Assembly (NCBI GenBank): GCA_000320545.1
Contig: ADNK01001859.1
Span: forward strand, 1-64,000
Reading direction: 5' to 3'
DNA length: 64,000 nucleotides
Source of the DNA: Bigelowiella natans CCMP2755
Lineage: Eukaryota > Protista > Cercozoa
The position numbers were made by a program, and so were the translations under genes. Below the pieces are notes generated by a model. It was not told the origin of the DNA. It saw nothing but the letters and a program-made list of their open reading frames with translations, and did not search any database. Shown piece after piece: positions 25,393 to 39,300 of the stretch (position 1 is its first letter; the number at the start of each line of letters is the position of its first letter).

Positions 25393-25396
25393 ACAT

Positions 25397-25435
<39 letters not shown>

Positions 25436-26603
25436 GCGCGCGCGCACAAAACAAGAACGACAACAATAACACCAAACATGCATCTAATAGGTACAAACAC
25501 GGGGCACATAGCGTGGGTAGTAGTTTCTCCTCACCGAAGGCCATAGCCTGGCAGCCTGGAGAACATTGGGAGGAGGGGGTGCTAAAGAACCAATCGGTCA
25601 CACGCCTTTTGACGACGTTTAAGCACATCGATGCAGAGGCTGCAAGCTCTTCCGCAGCTCTCACCTATGGAGATGATGACACTTCTCGAGGAAGAGGAGC
25701 GACACGCCTGAAGTACAAGATCAGCGATATCATTAGCGATGGTGATACTATAGACATACGTCTAAAATTAAGATCTAGCATCGATGCTATTGCTCCTGAA
25801 GGAAAATCAAAGGGAACATCGCTTCTACTACTCGCTTCTATGAACGATGCTGCTTTTAGTTTGACTTCTTCGGACTGTGTATGTGCACGTGCTGCTGTTG
25901 TGTTTGCATGATGCATGCGTTGAATAGATAATACATTATTTTGTCAGAGGATGGGATGTCGATCCAACACGTGTGTGAAGGAGACCTTGATCAACACCAT
26001 TTCGCCACCGGTGGCAGCAGCATCAATCATATCGAGTCTCTTTCTACGGCGGCAGCAGTCCTACCTGTCTCTCTTATCCATGGGGAAGAAAAGGTTGTTC
26101 TTCTTCTATCACTACTACTACTACCATTTCTATCTAAAATAAACAAAAAGTGTGTCTGCTTCAGCATCTTGCTTCTCCCATCATCATCTGAATCATAGGG
26201 ACTTTCAAGCAGTGCTCGTGATAGTAATCGCCACAGCCAGCTAAGACGTTTCGTAGCCGCCGCAGACAATGAAGGTCGTGTAGCCGTCTATGAGCTGCTG
26301 CAGCAAGAAGAAAATGATGATAAAGCATTGAAGAAGACCATGGCCATACAACTGTCGTTGTCTCCCTTCGTCACCACGCGCCTTCATAGGGAGGGCGATG
26401 TAAACTCAACCATAATCATGAAAAACTGTGAAGAGGACCGCTTGATCTTCATTCAGGTAGGTGTCCAATGGATGTCGGTAGATATACAACGAAACACATC
26501 AGCAGCTCCTTTCTCTTTCCTTTCCATTTTCATCAACTATCGCCAGTCGTTGATCATTTGTTCATTCTTTTTCTTCTTTTTCCTCTTCTTCCTTTCTCTC
26601 TCA

Positions 26604-26634
<31 letters not shown>

Positions 26635-27177
26635 TCTCTCTCTCGTTCTCTCACCATAGCTTGCTGCGAGGAAAGCAGAGATACTGAGTAAAAGCAATAG
26701 CAACGAAGGCAACAAGCACGCACTGGCGTTGGAGATGCGGCTCTGGGCACTGCCTCTCAATTTCACATCATGGGTGTCGAACCCACCAACGCGAAACTTG
26801 ACGGATCCGATTTTGCAGGATACGATCAACATCGAGGGAACATCGGGCGAATTGTGGTCAGATTCTCTCGACTTCAGCGGAGCAAGCATAGCGCTCGTTC
26901 CTTTGCCGCTGGATTCTCTTCCCCCTCCTCTGTCGTCGCCATCGTCGTCATTATCGTCCTTCAAAATAGCCGCTTCGTGGTCCATAGGAGATAAGGTTTG
27001 TAGTAGAGCTACTCGACGATGTTGTATGACGAGGAGGAGGAGGAGGAGGAGGAGGAGGAGGAGGAAGGGATAGATATACTTAAAGATATGAATTGAGCGG
27101 AACTAGGGCAATTATAGTATATGGGATCTGTATCAAATTTATCATAAGAGCACAAGACTTACAGCATTGCCGCGATC

Positions 27178-27217
<40 letters not shown>

Positions 27218-28035
27218 GCAAGATTGTCGCAGTTGTATTTGTATAAATCGGATATGGATACTGTGTGGGGTTTCTCTTTCTCTTCTTTCGTTTCTTTCTT
27301 CATCTCTCCCACCACACTTTCCGACCACTCATCCCTAAAACCCTGAAACGAACAGATTTGGCTATGCACCCTTAATTTCTCGACAAACACCACTACTTCA
27401 AGCATGCTATCATCGTCGTTAGCGCCTCCAACAGAGGAAGCTAGAGGATTTGGATGGGGCATTGTTTCAGGCCCACGCGTAGTCACCGTCGGCACAAACC
27501 CAGCACTCGCGTACAGCTTTGCACCGTATACCCGACAACAGCAAGAGAATAGAAGTAGCACTGGTAGTTCCATGAATTATGAAGTAGCAACTCTTCCCTG
27601 CATACTCGCGATAAAGAATGAGCGAATATAGAATTTAGAGATCACTAGGAACCTTCTCTTTGCAAACACAAACGAGGATGTGATCCGAAAGTTCATCATC
27701 ATCATTATCGGCGCCATTATTCGTTGTTGTTGTTGTTGTTGTTGTCGTTGCAGTTGTCACGTATGGAACACAAAACCTGCAGTTGCATTCTAATCCAAGT
27801 CATATACGAACCGCTCCCAACATATATCCTCTAGGGTACGACGTCGGCGATGGGGTGCTTGTGCTGGTGAATTCGGATGGATTTTGTCAGAATCAAGAAG
27901 CGAGGAATAAGGCTGCTAAACGTTCAGTCTGCGATATACACCATGACGCGAAGGCCACCAGTAGTGACAATGATGCTAACAAATGACATGAATGACATGC
28001 ATTTACCGAATATAACTAAATGTATACCATTTACG

Positions 28036-28067
<32 letters not shown>

Positions 28068-28440
28068 GATGACCACTAAGTAAAACTTTTCGCTTCAAAT
28101 AGAGGGTGTTCTAGCATACAGCTACGGAAAACTACGCGATATCGAAGCAAAACTGAGGACAGGAGAAATGATGAATGCCTGCGATGAAGATGTGATGTAT
28201 GGGGCCTATGATCAAGGTAGTGCTCCAACAGTGGCACTGTGCCCACAAGTGTCTGCTGCCGCTATTTCCTCAAATTTCTCGTCGTCAGCAACAAGTAGAG
28301 ACAACACAATAGGAAAGTTTGCAATAATAGAACTTCATGAAGGATATAAGGGCGGAGCTGATATGGGCAACTGTGGTCTCCCGGTAGCCAGACCCGATTC
28401 TTTAGTTCTTGATGGATGGCAGCTTGCCAACCTTGATTGA
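23178..28440 (+). CDS. Putative secreted PLC-like phosphodiesterase (TIM-barrel) protein with a long uncharacterised C-terminal region (multi-exon)
   Basis: Spliced N-terminus MAANFAALVLPLHIWAAG...GWQEHSKNDIRGWHQMLKKGSRSFKIDP...GCFILNHD resembles the H-x-x-N / G-x-R-x-x-[EK]-x-D / second-His pattern of PI-PLC/GDPD-like enzymes. Exons continue to ...LVLDGWQLANLD* at 28440. Product call is tentative. Confidence 0.55.
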
Positions 28441-29114
28441 TGAGTATTTAGGCAGGCCTAAAAGACAATAGCATGCAGCATGAAGTTGCAAACATACATT
28501 AATCATTCTAGTACATCCGTCTCATATACATCTATCTACTCATAGACTGAGAAGCAAATCCTCTGATGCGTATCACTTAGCGTGCGTCCAAGTATCGTAC
28601 ATCATCAACCATGCACGTTTGTGCGATGCAATGCATAGCACACAGCATGGCAATAGTCATGGGCGCACATGCTGGTCAGCGCATCGGCTGCACAGCTAGC
28701 ACACTTGGATCAGTGGCATCATTATTAAGTTCGATCAGCGGCATCATTGATGAGTTCGCCCACTATCAAGCTGGCCACGTAATTTCATTGAATTACATCA
28801 ATGGTTACAGCAACATCAACAATGTTTACTTTCATGTTGTATTTATATCAATGTTTACTACAACATCAATAATGTTACGAAGCAGTAGGGCTTTTACGTA
28901 CTAGACTAATTCGTCTGTGCTTTAGCATGGTTGAGATTATCGAGTTGACTGCTAGACCAAAAATTACATCTAATTCAATCGTAAGATTCGCAGCTTACTT
29001 TGACCTCAATTAATATCATCTTATACTTATCCATTTTTTTAACTTTTAAAAAATGTCTGCCGGAGTGACATTTTTGGAAATAATTGGAACCAGTCCCTTA
29101 TTCATTTCGAAGAC

Positions 29115-30223
29115 TCAAAAGTCGTCATCGTCGTCGTCCAGTTCATGTGTTTCAAGCTGAAATAGGAGTTGTTATATTAGCCTGCAAGAGCTCGCACATT
29201 ACTCTTCTGTGAAAATAGTGGTACCGAGTTGAAGGTGTAGTCGTCGTGCTCCTCCCGCAAATACTGGTTTATCGCGCTTGCGATGCCTCCAAGGATACCG
29301 CCGATTGGGTAACAAATACTGAAGAATAGAAGTAGCACACGAAATGTTTATTCTATTTATTTTCTCACTTTATTTTTCTCGTTATTATATCGGACATCAT
29401 ACCTTTCATCGCGAAGAAGAGCAACTTTCAGATGGGCCACATCTGCATCCTCCACATCCAGCAACCCGAATACCAGGCCAAAAATGAAGCCCATAATTAC
29501 GGCAGCGGTAACCACGAGATATACCTGATGGAATCAATGTGAGCGGAGACAGGATCAAGTATTGTATGGAGTTTATGGAGGGAGTCCGATGTACCTGTGT
29601 TTCCGTTTCGACTAAGGGTCTAGCTTCGTGACTCTGGCACATCCCGCAGCAGTAATTTATAAGGTCGATTATCGAGAAAAGGAGTGCAAAGCAAACTGCG
29701 ACACCCAATATTGAATATAGAGGAACTTTGAATCCGGCGGACATATTGACAAACCAGTTCTTCTCAAGAATGAAACACAGCAAACCCGACACAAGGACCT
29801 ACACAAAGTGCATTTCTTCAAGACAACTGATATTTCTTTAAATACACTAGCCAATTCTACCACGTATTTCTATTACCAAAGATGAGAAACTCATTAGAAG
29901 GCACGGCCTAGGATGATCTCCATTCTTCACTCGCCAGAGGATGAGACCAGCAATTAGCAAGAACAGAATTCCGAAGTACTGTGGAGAGTTAATTTTAAAT
30001 GATCAAAAACTATACATCGTACACCCAGGGTTAGGATTTATTTCTAAACGAAGAAATCAGTTATTTGAAATCTTACCACAGCAAAGAAGGCGTTGATGCT
30101 GATTTCTACGAGGGTGCAATTCACGGTGAATGAGACGAGGATTCCGATCACTGCACCAGCAAGGAAAGCCAAGGTGAGCCTCGTAAGCTTTTCGCTGTCC
30201 ATGGAGCTACTCGTCTTCGTCAT
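29115..30223 (-). CDS. Conserved uncharacterised multi-pass membrane protein (about 6 TM, multi-exon)
   Basis: MTKTSSSMDSEKLTRLTLAFLAGAVIGILVSFTVNCTLVEISINAFFAV|YFGILFLLIAGLILW...FKVPLYSILGVAVCFALLFSIIDLINY...MGFIFGLVFGLLDVED...ICYPIGGILGG, ending in an acidic tail LDDDDDDF*. Confidence 0.8.
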
Positions 30224-31374
30224 ATTTTAGGTGTTATTTCGAATGAAGGTTCGGATGTAGATGCTGCCTCCGCTTTGAAACGAAAAGGGGCAGGGGGATG
30301 ACGAATAATCGTTCCTTAATTCTCTTGGAAACACATTACACCAGTGCTTTTCAAATCAACATGAGGCGCATCATGCACCAGGGTAATGAAATTCAGTCCT
30401 TAAGACAAACATTTCAAAGTTGTCTTACGTACAAAAATCAGTTTCTTCTTAAATCATTTGAGATTGGTCATTCATAAGTAAAGGATGAAAAGGCTCAAAC
30501 TTCTGTGTTGTGGCTGCAGTCCTTTTTTTGAGTGATTGGGTTCAAATATGAGATGGATTTTGGGGGGAAATGCGAATAACCCGGTATTTACGACGGATAT
30601 CTATCAAAATAGGTTACATTTATTAATTTACTGCCTAACAAAAATTATGAGTGAGTCGACATGATCCAAAGATCAAAGATTTGAATAAGGATTTCGAGGA
30701 TTTATTTCCCTAGATCTAGGATTCAGGGTTTTCATTATTCATTATAACTTTCATGAAGAGAGAATTTAATATTGAATTTCAGGGTTTCTTGCTTCATTAT
30801 TCATTTACAGTATTTCGCCGATGGGGATTTTCTCCGAACCTCCTATTTTTTTAAATCGCCATAGATCTACACTATGTTCGGAGTTTTTCACAATGGCTTG
30901 ACTCCGTCAAAAAATGCACGAAGATTTCCCAACATTATTTACATAGGGAAAGAAATCTGCGCAATTAGAAAATTCCCCGGATTTTGCACGACCACTGGAT
31001 GTGTGCTCATTAGCACAAATTCAAAATATGTATCTCAGTCCTTAATTTTGGTATCCGATTTTCATGCAATAAATGGTGATAACCAGTGTATTTTTACAGG
31101 AAAATACGAGCGAGAAGACAATGAACGAAATTTTTAGTATATCTGCTGCGAAATATACATCTGATTATTACACATATCGGTCAAACATTTGAACAGATAA
31201 GCACCCAACAAGCAAAATCTAGATGCATGCTATATTTGCATAAGTGGACAATATTTTCCATGACGTATTTGATAATTATCCTCTTTTAATGTTTCAAATT
31301 ATCTTATTTGAACACGTAGTGGAAGCGCAAATTCTGCTATAACCCAACTCTTGCACCCACCACCTTCCGCTACC

Positions 31375-33288
31375 ATGACCGATATGAAGAACTCCAACAT
31401 GAGCCTTGAAAAGGCAGATCCTGAAATGTATGCGATCCTTAAGAATGAGGAGAAGCGTCAGTTCAATGGACTTGAGCTCATTGCCTCCGAGGTGATGATG
31501 TGTGTTAAGTCAGTATTGTTGATGGTGCATCATCAGATTAGCTGCTTTCAACCAACCATCCCCCCCCTTTACTCTTCTATCACTTATCTTCTACATATAT
31601 TGTGCATCTTTATGTAGAACTTCACCTCCAGGGCAGTTATGGAAACTCTGGGAACAGTATTCACCAATAAATACTCTGAAGGACTTCCTGGTACTTATAT
31701 TACGCAATGGGTTTCCTTGAACGCCTTTCTGAAAACTGTGTATATTAAATCAGGTAAGCGCTACTACGGTGGTAACGAATTCATTGATAAGGCAGAGAGG
31801 TAAATTTGTTCATACGAAGTCAATCTGAGAGGATCTGAGTAATAAACTGTATAACAGGCTCTGTCAGCAGCGTGCTCTCACCGCTTTTCACCTCGATGCA
31901 AAGGAATGGGGTGTAAACGTACAGCCTTACTCCGGTTCGCCAGCGAACTTTGCAGTATTCACTGCCCTCATTCGGCCTCACGACAGAATTATGGGGTGCG
32001 AACGCACACACTTCGTAGCCATTTTGATTGATCTGTCTCAATCAAAATATCATAACTGATATATGATTATCCCCTCTGAACAATTAGTCTTGACCTTCCA
32101 TCTGGAGGACACCTTACCCATGGTTTCTACACCCCAAAGAAGAAGATTTCTGCAACTTCCATCTTCTTCGAATCCATGCCTTACCGTGTCAATGGCAAGA
32201 CAGGTCTCATTGATTACGAAGCACTTGAGGCTCAGGCTAAGGTATTGCGATTTTTTTCGTTTCTCCAAATATTGCTTCTCTATTTCCTTTCTCTACAAAG
32301 TATTAAGTTTGATTGACACACTCTTTTGCAGGTATTCCTTCCTAAAATACTAATTTGCGGTGCTTCTGCCTATCCACGTGACTGGGACTACAAGAGGCTT
32401 CGTGAGGTAATGATTAACAACTCAAATGTTGCTGTTCTTCCTTGAACTTGCAAATCAATTCATGTTTGTATTCATCACACATGCGATCCAACTTTTTGAT
32501 ATCCTCGGTGATTTCCACAGATCGCTGACGGTGTTGGTGCATTGTTGATGACCGATATGGCGCACACAAGCGGGCTCGTCGCTTCTCAGCTTCTGAACGA
32601 TCCTTTTGAATACTCGCACGTTGTTACGACTACTACTCACAAGTCCCTTCGTGGGCCTCGTGGAGCTATGATCTTCTACCGCCTTGACGACAAGCTTAAC
32701 CTAAAGAGCCGCATCGATTTCTCTGTTTTCCCTGGACTTCAGGGGGGTCCTCACAACAACACAATTGCTGCTATTGCTGTTCAGCTTAAGTACGTTGCAA
32801 CGGACGAATTCAAAAAGTACTCCGAGCAGGTCATCAAGAACTCTAGAGCCCTTGCTGGAGCTCTGATAAAAAAGGGATACAAAATGGTGACCGACGGTAC
32901 TGATAACCATCTCAATCTGTGGGACCTCCGCCCCAACAAGATCACTGGCTCCAAGATGGAAACACTGTGCGATGAAGTCGCGATTACCCTTAACAAAAAT
33001 TCTGTCTTTGGAGATAAGTCCGCAATCTCACCCGGTGGAGTGCGCGTCGGAACCCCTGCTCTCACGACTCGTGGGTTCAAAGAGGATGATTTTGTACAGG
33101 TTGCTGAGTTCCTTCACCAAACCGTCCAGATAGCCCTTAAGATTCAAGCGAGCTGTGAAACCAAGAAATTGGTGGAGTACAAGAAGGCCATGAAGAGCGA
33201 GAAATTCGCAGGTGAAATCAGTGAATTGAGAGAAGCGGTTGAAAAGTTTGCTGGTAAGTTCTATTTCCCTGGACTCTCTCCTCAATAG
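31375..33288 (+). CDS. SHMT: Serine hydroxymethyltransferase, probably cytosolic (no N-terminal presequence)
   Basis: GLELIASE|[13 protein letters not shown]|[47 protein letters not shown]-lysine motif [46 protein letters not shown]. Confidence 0.98.
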
Positions 33289-34057
33289 ACTTTTTAACAA
33301 TAAGTGTTTGTTTTGCCCCCACGTATGTTGGGTACCCATTCTTTCGTTCGTTGAGAATAGTGAATGAAATATATCGATTTTTACTATGTTGCACCGCCAA
33401 AAGTATTTCTTGCGCTGCGCACCGACGGCGTGCACAATCTACATAGATAGAATACGCATGCAACGCACATTCGTAAGTAATGTACGGCCATACTAGCATA
33501 ACAATGATGCAACCGCCAGCTAGCCAGGTAAAGTCCATCGAATTATATATAATTAGCGTGATGAAACGCGCGCTAGCGCGCGACAACATTACACGACGTT
33601 CAAAGAGCGCGCGTGGCACATGCTAGTGTGCTTCGTTGTTTATCGTAATTGCGATGCGACTACGCTTCGCATCGTCAAACACATGTGTAATAGCGACTCG
33701 CTTGGTGTAATATTGTTATTGGCGTGATCAGCTACGATGACTGGCGGGGCCGTGCATGGCCTAGCTATAGTGTCAATATATCAATCACTTTATATTAGCT
33801 GCATGTACGTGAGACGGATGTAATTGATCAATTAAATTTGTTCAATTGTCACCCGTATTTAGCTGTGCAATGCAGCGGCTACAGCGTGTGCACACATAAA
33901 TTCTAGCTAACACATGCAACACATAGCGATGTACGATACGTAACTAGCTGGAACACGAGCTACACACATGTAGTCTAGATCGATGGCTGTCGACGAAGCT
34001 GCACTGTGATGCGCCATGCTCTGATATACTTCTGGACATTGCACTGCATCGTTACTG

Positions 34058-35437
34058 CTACCCCTCTACACCGCTTGCTACATTACCTTTGAGCGTAAAG
34101 AGGAGAACCCGGGCGATGTCGGCATTGCAATAGTTATCCCGAAGCATTAGATTAGTGAGAATGAGGGCATCTCGGTCTTTGTCCTTTCGTCTTGATTCTG
34201 AAGAGAATGGCTGTACACCTGCTTCTCCGACCGTCCTCGCAGCGCTGCTAGGGTGCTCGCCTCTCCCCATCCCCCCCCCTTCCTCCTCCTTCTCCTCCTC
34301 CTCCTCCTCCTCCTCCATGCTGCTCACCTTTTGATCTCTCTGCTGGTTTCGCCAATCCACAACCACGCTAAGCTGGTCAGGGTCGCCCGCAGATATACTG
34401 ATAGAAAGATAGCATTTCATTTTCTCTGGATAGTGAAAGTATACTCACTGGTTTGGTGCGACATACAGAACTTTAAAATGTTTCAAACTAACGAAGAGCA
34501 AGGCTATTGCCAGATGTTTAGCCTTAAAACCCTCAAAAATGCAACACGGTCGTTGGTTGGTAGGCCATGGTCAGCTTCGAGAAACAATGTGTCTTAGTGA
34601 CTTATGGAGTCGAACGATTCCCTTGCGTTTCCCTTCTCTCCCTTCTTCCTCACCTGACAATGGCGTCAACTAGGGCCTGCAAGAGCGATGGATGGATATA
34701 AGCCTTTTTCTGGTCGCTGACGGTGGAGGACATACACGCTTTTAGGCATGAGTTGAGGATGCTTCTCATCTGCTTTATGAACGCTTCGGCCTAAAAAACA
34801 ATCAATCCATAGGTGAAACGGAAGAAGGGATGCAGGAGGAGGAGCGGGGGAAAATGAGGACAACGTCCAGGAAAAGGAATTATAATGAGACTGAAAAGAG
34901 TAGAGATGAAACGATAACACCGTGGGATGGAGGATTCCTTCCGGGGGGGCCAACTGCTTCGCTGCGATACCTTTCATTTCACAGATACACGTAGTCGTGT
35001 GTATATATGGCTTGTAATCGCAAATAGACCACAATCGATGACTGATCCGCACGATTTTCAATATGGTGATGATTGTTCTCCCTCTCTTTTCGCTACCATC
35101 ATGCTCGTCTAAACGTTGGAAGGTTGGTGGTAATGAGAATGTTGAAAAACAACTACAGGGGGGGGGGGGGGAGGGGGTGCTAAATTACCAAGTGCACGAA
35201 TGAGGAATGCGGCTTCGGGGTGGCCAGTGTGGAGCTGAGAGAGTCTTGAATGGATGCCCTTGGCGACTTCGTTAACCAACTCGCTCGGGGAACATCCAAG
35301 GCACAGTATCTACGCAGAAAGGAGGACCAGCAATGATAAGAACAATGATGATGATGATGATGATGATGATGGTCGATCACTACAAAAGATTGACTGTAAT
35401 GATGGAGGAGGAGGAGGAGGACTGCAAATTACGCCGC

Positions 35438-35470
<33 letters not shown>

Positions 35471-36022
35471 TTGTCAGCAAGTGTAGCGCTACTGCTGCTG
35501 CTACTACTACTACTACTACTACGACTACTACAACTACCTCAAGAGCCCTGAGTGCCGTTACTGCAAGGGCCTCGCCACTCGCTACCGAAGACGAAGTAGT
35601 GGTGGTTGTTGTTGTAGTTGTAGCTGCAATATCTGAACGAATGCTCTTGTTCCCGATCGCATTTAATATATCATTTACTAGCGAGGCCTGATAGTGAGAA
35701 AACAATCAAGTAAAAAAATCACAATATGAATTATCGTTCCAAGCATCATCATCATCCTCGCCATCATCATCATTGCTATTGAAAAGGTTCAAATGCAATT
35801 ATCATAACATGAATAAGTATGAGTTATTCTTTTATTTGCTTCTTCATTCTTCACCCTGTCTTGAGCCAAAGAGAGCGAGGTGGCCTCGTCCACTCCCCAG
35901 CCATGTAGCTCTGATGATGTTATTATTGATAATAATGATAATGACGATGCTCACGATCATTAATAGCAGTACATGAGAACTCGACATTCTTGCACGCAAC
36001 GAAGATATATCCTCCATTAATC

Positions 36023-36061
<39 letters not shown>

Positions 36062-36103
36062 ATTATCAACCTAGTATGCCCATATCATGGTAGTGTTAGT
36101 GTT

Positions 36104-36142
<39 letters not shown>

Positions 36143-36147
36143 CTTTT

Positions 36148-36182
<35 letters not shown>

Positions 36183-36280
36183 CTTTGTGTGTGTCGATCT
36201 CCGTCTCCACTTGTGCAGCTTACCAGAGAGTTTCTGTAGGTTCTCCTCCTCCTCCTCGTCACCCTATAAAACAACAAGAG

Positions 36281-36313
<33 letters not shown>

Positions 36314-39300
36314 ATACATCATCAATATAGTGTATGAATGATCTCTAATGATCTCTTAATACACTCGGTATGGCAAGCCACAGAGCTGTACCAGCAATAA
36401 CAACAAGAATGTCACCATCATCATCATCATCATCATCATCACCATCATCACCATCATCATCATTTTACGATTGCTGCTGCTGCTGCCGCAAGATAGGTGC
36501 ATATATCGCCGAAGCAAGGCAGCATCAGCAGCAGGGGTACTCACTCACTACTACTTACTTCGCGGATGACAGAGCTGGTAAGAGTTATACGAATAGCGTT
36601 ACAGACGAAGAACGACGATGATGGTGACACCGGTAACGAGGAAGGTGATGATATCGTCGTTTCCCCAATTCTTCTCTTCTTGTGCCTTTTCTTCTTCTTG
36701 TTGTTGCTGTTGTTGTGCCCCCCCCCCCTCTCCTCCTCTTCTTCCCCCTCCCCCTCCTGGTTTTCTTCCCCATCCCCACCACCGCAACCACCACCACCAC
36801 TGCTCCTCCTCCTCTCGACTTTGTTATCATCAACAGCAGTAGCAGCAGTCGCACGAAGCAGCCCAGGATGATCCTTGGAGAGAGCGATGAGGTACTTTAT
36901 CATATTCGAGGCCTTTGGAGATATATTATGGTAGCGATCATAAACAGCAACAAGAGGCCATCAGTATGGAAGTAGTAGTAGTAGTAGTAAGTAGCAGTAG
37001 GAGTAGTGGTAGTACTTTGTCGGCGAGTACTTAATTTGATAAATGTGAGCAGAACCACCACCACCACCATCACCATTATCATGCATACATATGTAATTAT
37101 GTACATTATTACCTTTGGACAACTGCAAACGATGTGGTAGGCGGCTGCTCTGATCGATGGCACACCAACATTGTTGGTACATCTTCCTCTCCTCCGCCTC
37201 CTCTTCCTCCCCCCCCTCCTGCGACTGTTAAAACTGCTAAGGTTCCTGTCTCTGCCACCACCAGCTAGTCCGTTTGTTTCTTCTTCTTCTTCTCTCAGCA
37301 AAACATCGTCAAGAAACAGACACAGCTTTGATAAGAATCGTAGCAGTTGCAGCGGTCTTGTAGTTGTAGTAGTAGTAGTAGTAGCAGCAGCAGCAGCAGT
37401 CAGTTTAGCTCTGCGAATCGTCTTTGTTGCTGTTATTCCAGAGGATATTGGAGTTGAAAACGACGACGGAGAAGATGATGAGATACTGGCTGAGAGAACA
37501 GCAAGCAGCCTTTTAACGCATTTCACCACAAGTGAAGGCGGCAGCAACGATAGCGGTGACGATGACGACGACGAAGATGATGATGATGGTGGTGTTGGTG
37601 GTGGTGGGAATGAACGTGCTCGCGATAGGCGAATTAGGAAGCTGGCCAGCACCCGAATCCAGGACGACGAAGACGATGATGATGCTACTGATGGTGGTGG
37701 TGATGATGATGATGATGCCGATGCCTTTTTTGATTTCTTGGCAATATTAGGTAATGTAGATGAGGATAACGATGATGAAAGAACAAGCGAGGATGATTGG
37801 CGGTCTTTGCCGTTGTTGTCGATGCCTTTCTGCTGCTGCTCCTCCTCCTCCTCCTCCTCCTCCTCCTCCTCCTTAAGCATCGAAGCAAGGACGCCACGCA
37901 CAAAGCTGTAGGATGTATCACTATTAGATAGCTATATATGTGGTGCAGTGTGGTGCGTGTGTGTGGCCAGGAGAGCAGCATCACTCTTTAAAAAGAATTA
38001 TTGTACTACTACTGGTAATAATACTAATAATACTAATCGTCATCACCATCCATAGGGTTATGATACTATTAAATACAGCTTAAGAAGATCATCGGTCATC
38101 ACCGTTCGCAGATGACGTCCTCATCTTCCAACAGCAGGGCTGCTACACCTTGCTCAGTATGTATGCAATGTGCTGTGGCCATTCCCTTGCTGCTGCTAAT
38201 CCCACTGTTAGGAGTAGTAGTAGTAGCAGCAGCAGCAGCAGCAGCTGCTAATGCGGCGACAGTATCAGCAGCAAGGCTGCTGTTTCTCCTCTCTTCTCCC
38301 CCCCCTTGCCGTTGAGGGGATGGAATTACAAGGGCCAGACGTATTTCTTGGGAAAGTTGCATCCATTGCCTAGAGAGAGAGCTCCTCGGCAGCAGCTGCT
38401 GCTGCTTCCTCCGTCTCTTCCGAGTTGTTGTTGTTGTTGTTGTTGTTGTAGAAGGAGAGACGGTGCAGGATGGGGAGGAGGCCTTGCGCAGTGCTGTCAG
38501 CAATTCACCCGGTGACCGCTGATGGTAGTTATCTTCATCATTATCACCATCATCATGACTCTCATCGTCATCATCGTCATTATCATCGTCATCATCATTA
38601 TCATTATCATTATAATTATTATCAATCTACCCGCTGCCTTTTATGCCTCTTATGAAGCTCATCCAGGAGGCGTTGTAGCCTGCAATTCTCCTCCGTTAGC
38701 CTTTCAACTTTTGTGTCGTATTCTCTCCGAAGCTCTTCCGTCACTCTGGCTACTTTCAGAGTTGTTCCCTCCTCTTTCTCATCGTTGTCGTGATTAACAA
38801 CATTAGTCTCCTTCCCAGCTTGGTGTTGGTGTTCTCGGAGATCTTGAAGCTCTTTCTGAAGCTGTGCAATCACTTCTTCTTGCTCGTCAATCTTGTCTGC
38901 TTGCTCCTCGTGTTTCTTTCGAGTGGAAAGAACAACAAGAAGAACAACAACAATAAAAGGAGAGTGAGGAGGAGGAGGAGGAGAATCGAGATTGTTACAC
39001 TGATATGTCAATTTAGTAGTAGTGGCACAACGGAGTGATGATGGGATAGGGAGCAATCGAACATCATGACCGGAAAGATGATGATGATGATGACGATGAT
39101 GATGTGATGACATCATTCAAGATAGTAAAGATGGTAATAAGAAGATACTAAAAAGATGATGTTGTGCTACATATACACGAATTGATATAGTTGTATGCGT
39201 GCATATCTATTAATCATTAATGCCACCTCCTGCTTTTTGCGGATGAGTTCCTTGATGGTAAACAGCAACCGATCAGGAGAGGAAGGAGGAGGAGGAGGAG

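Noticed and set aside
30709-30806. 12-bp palindrome cctagatctagg and an imperfect direct repeat (ttcagggttt...ttcattattcatt)
   Set aside because: Too short and degenerate to call a mobile element or regulatory site. No terminal inverted repeat or target-site duplication structure.
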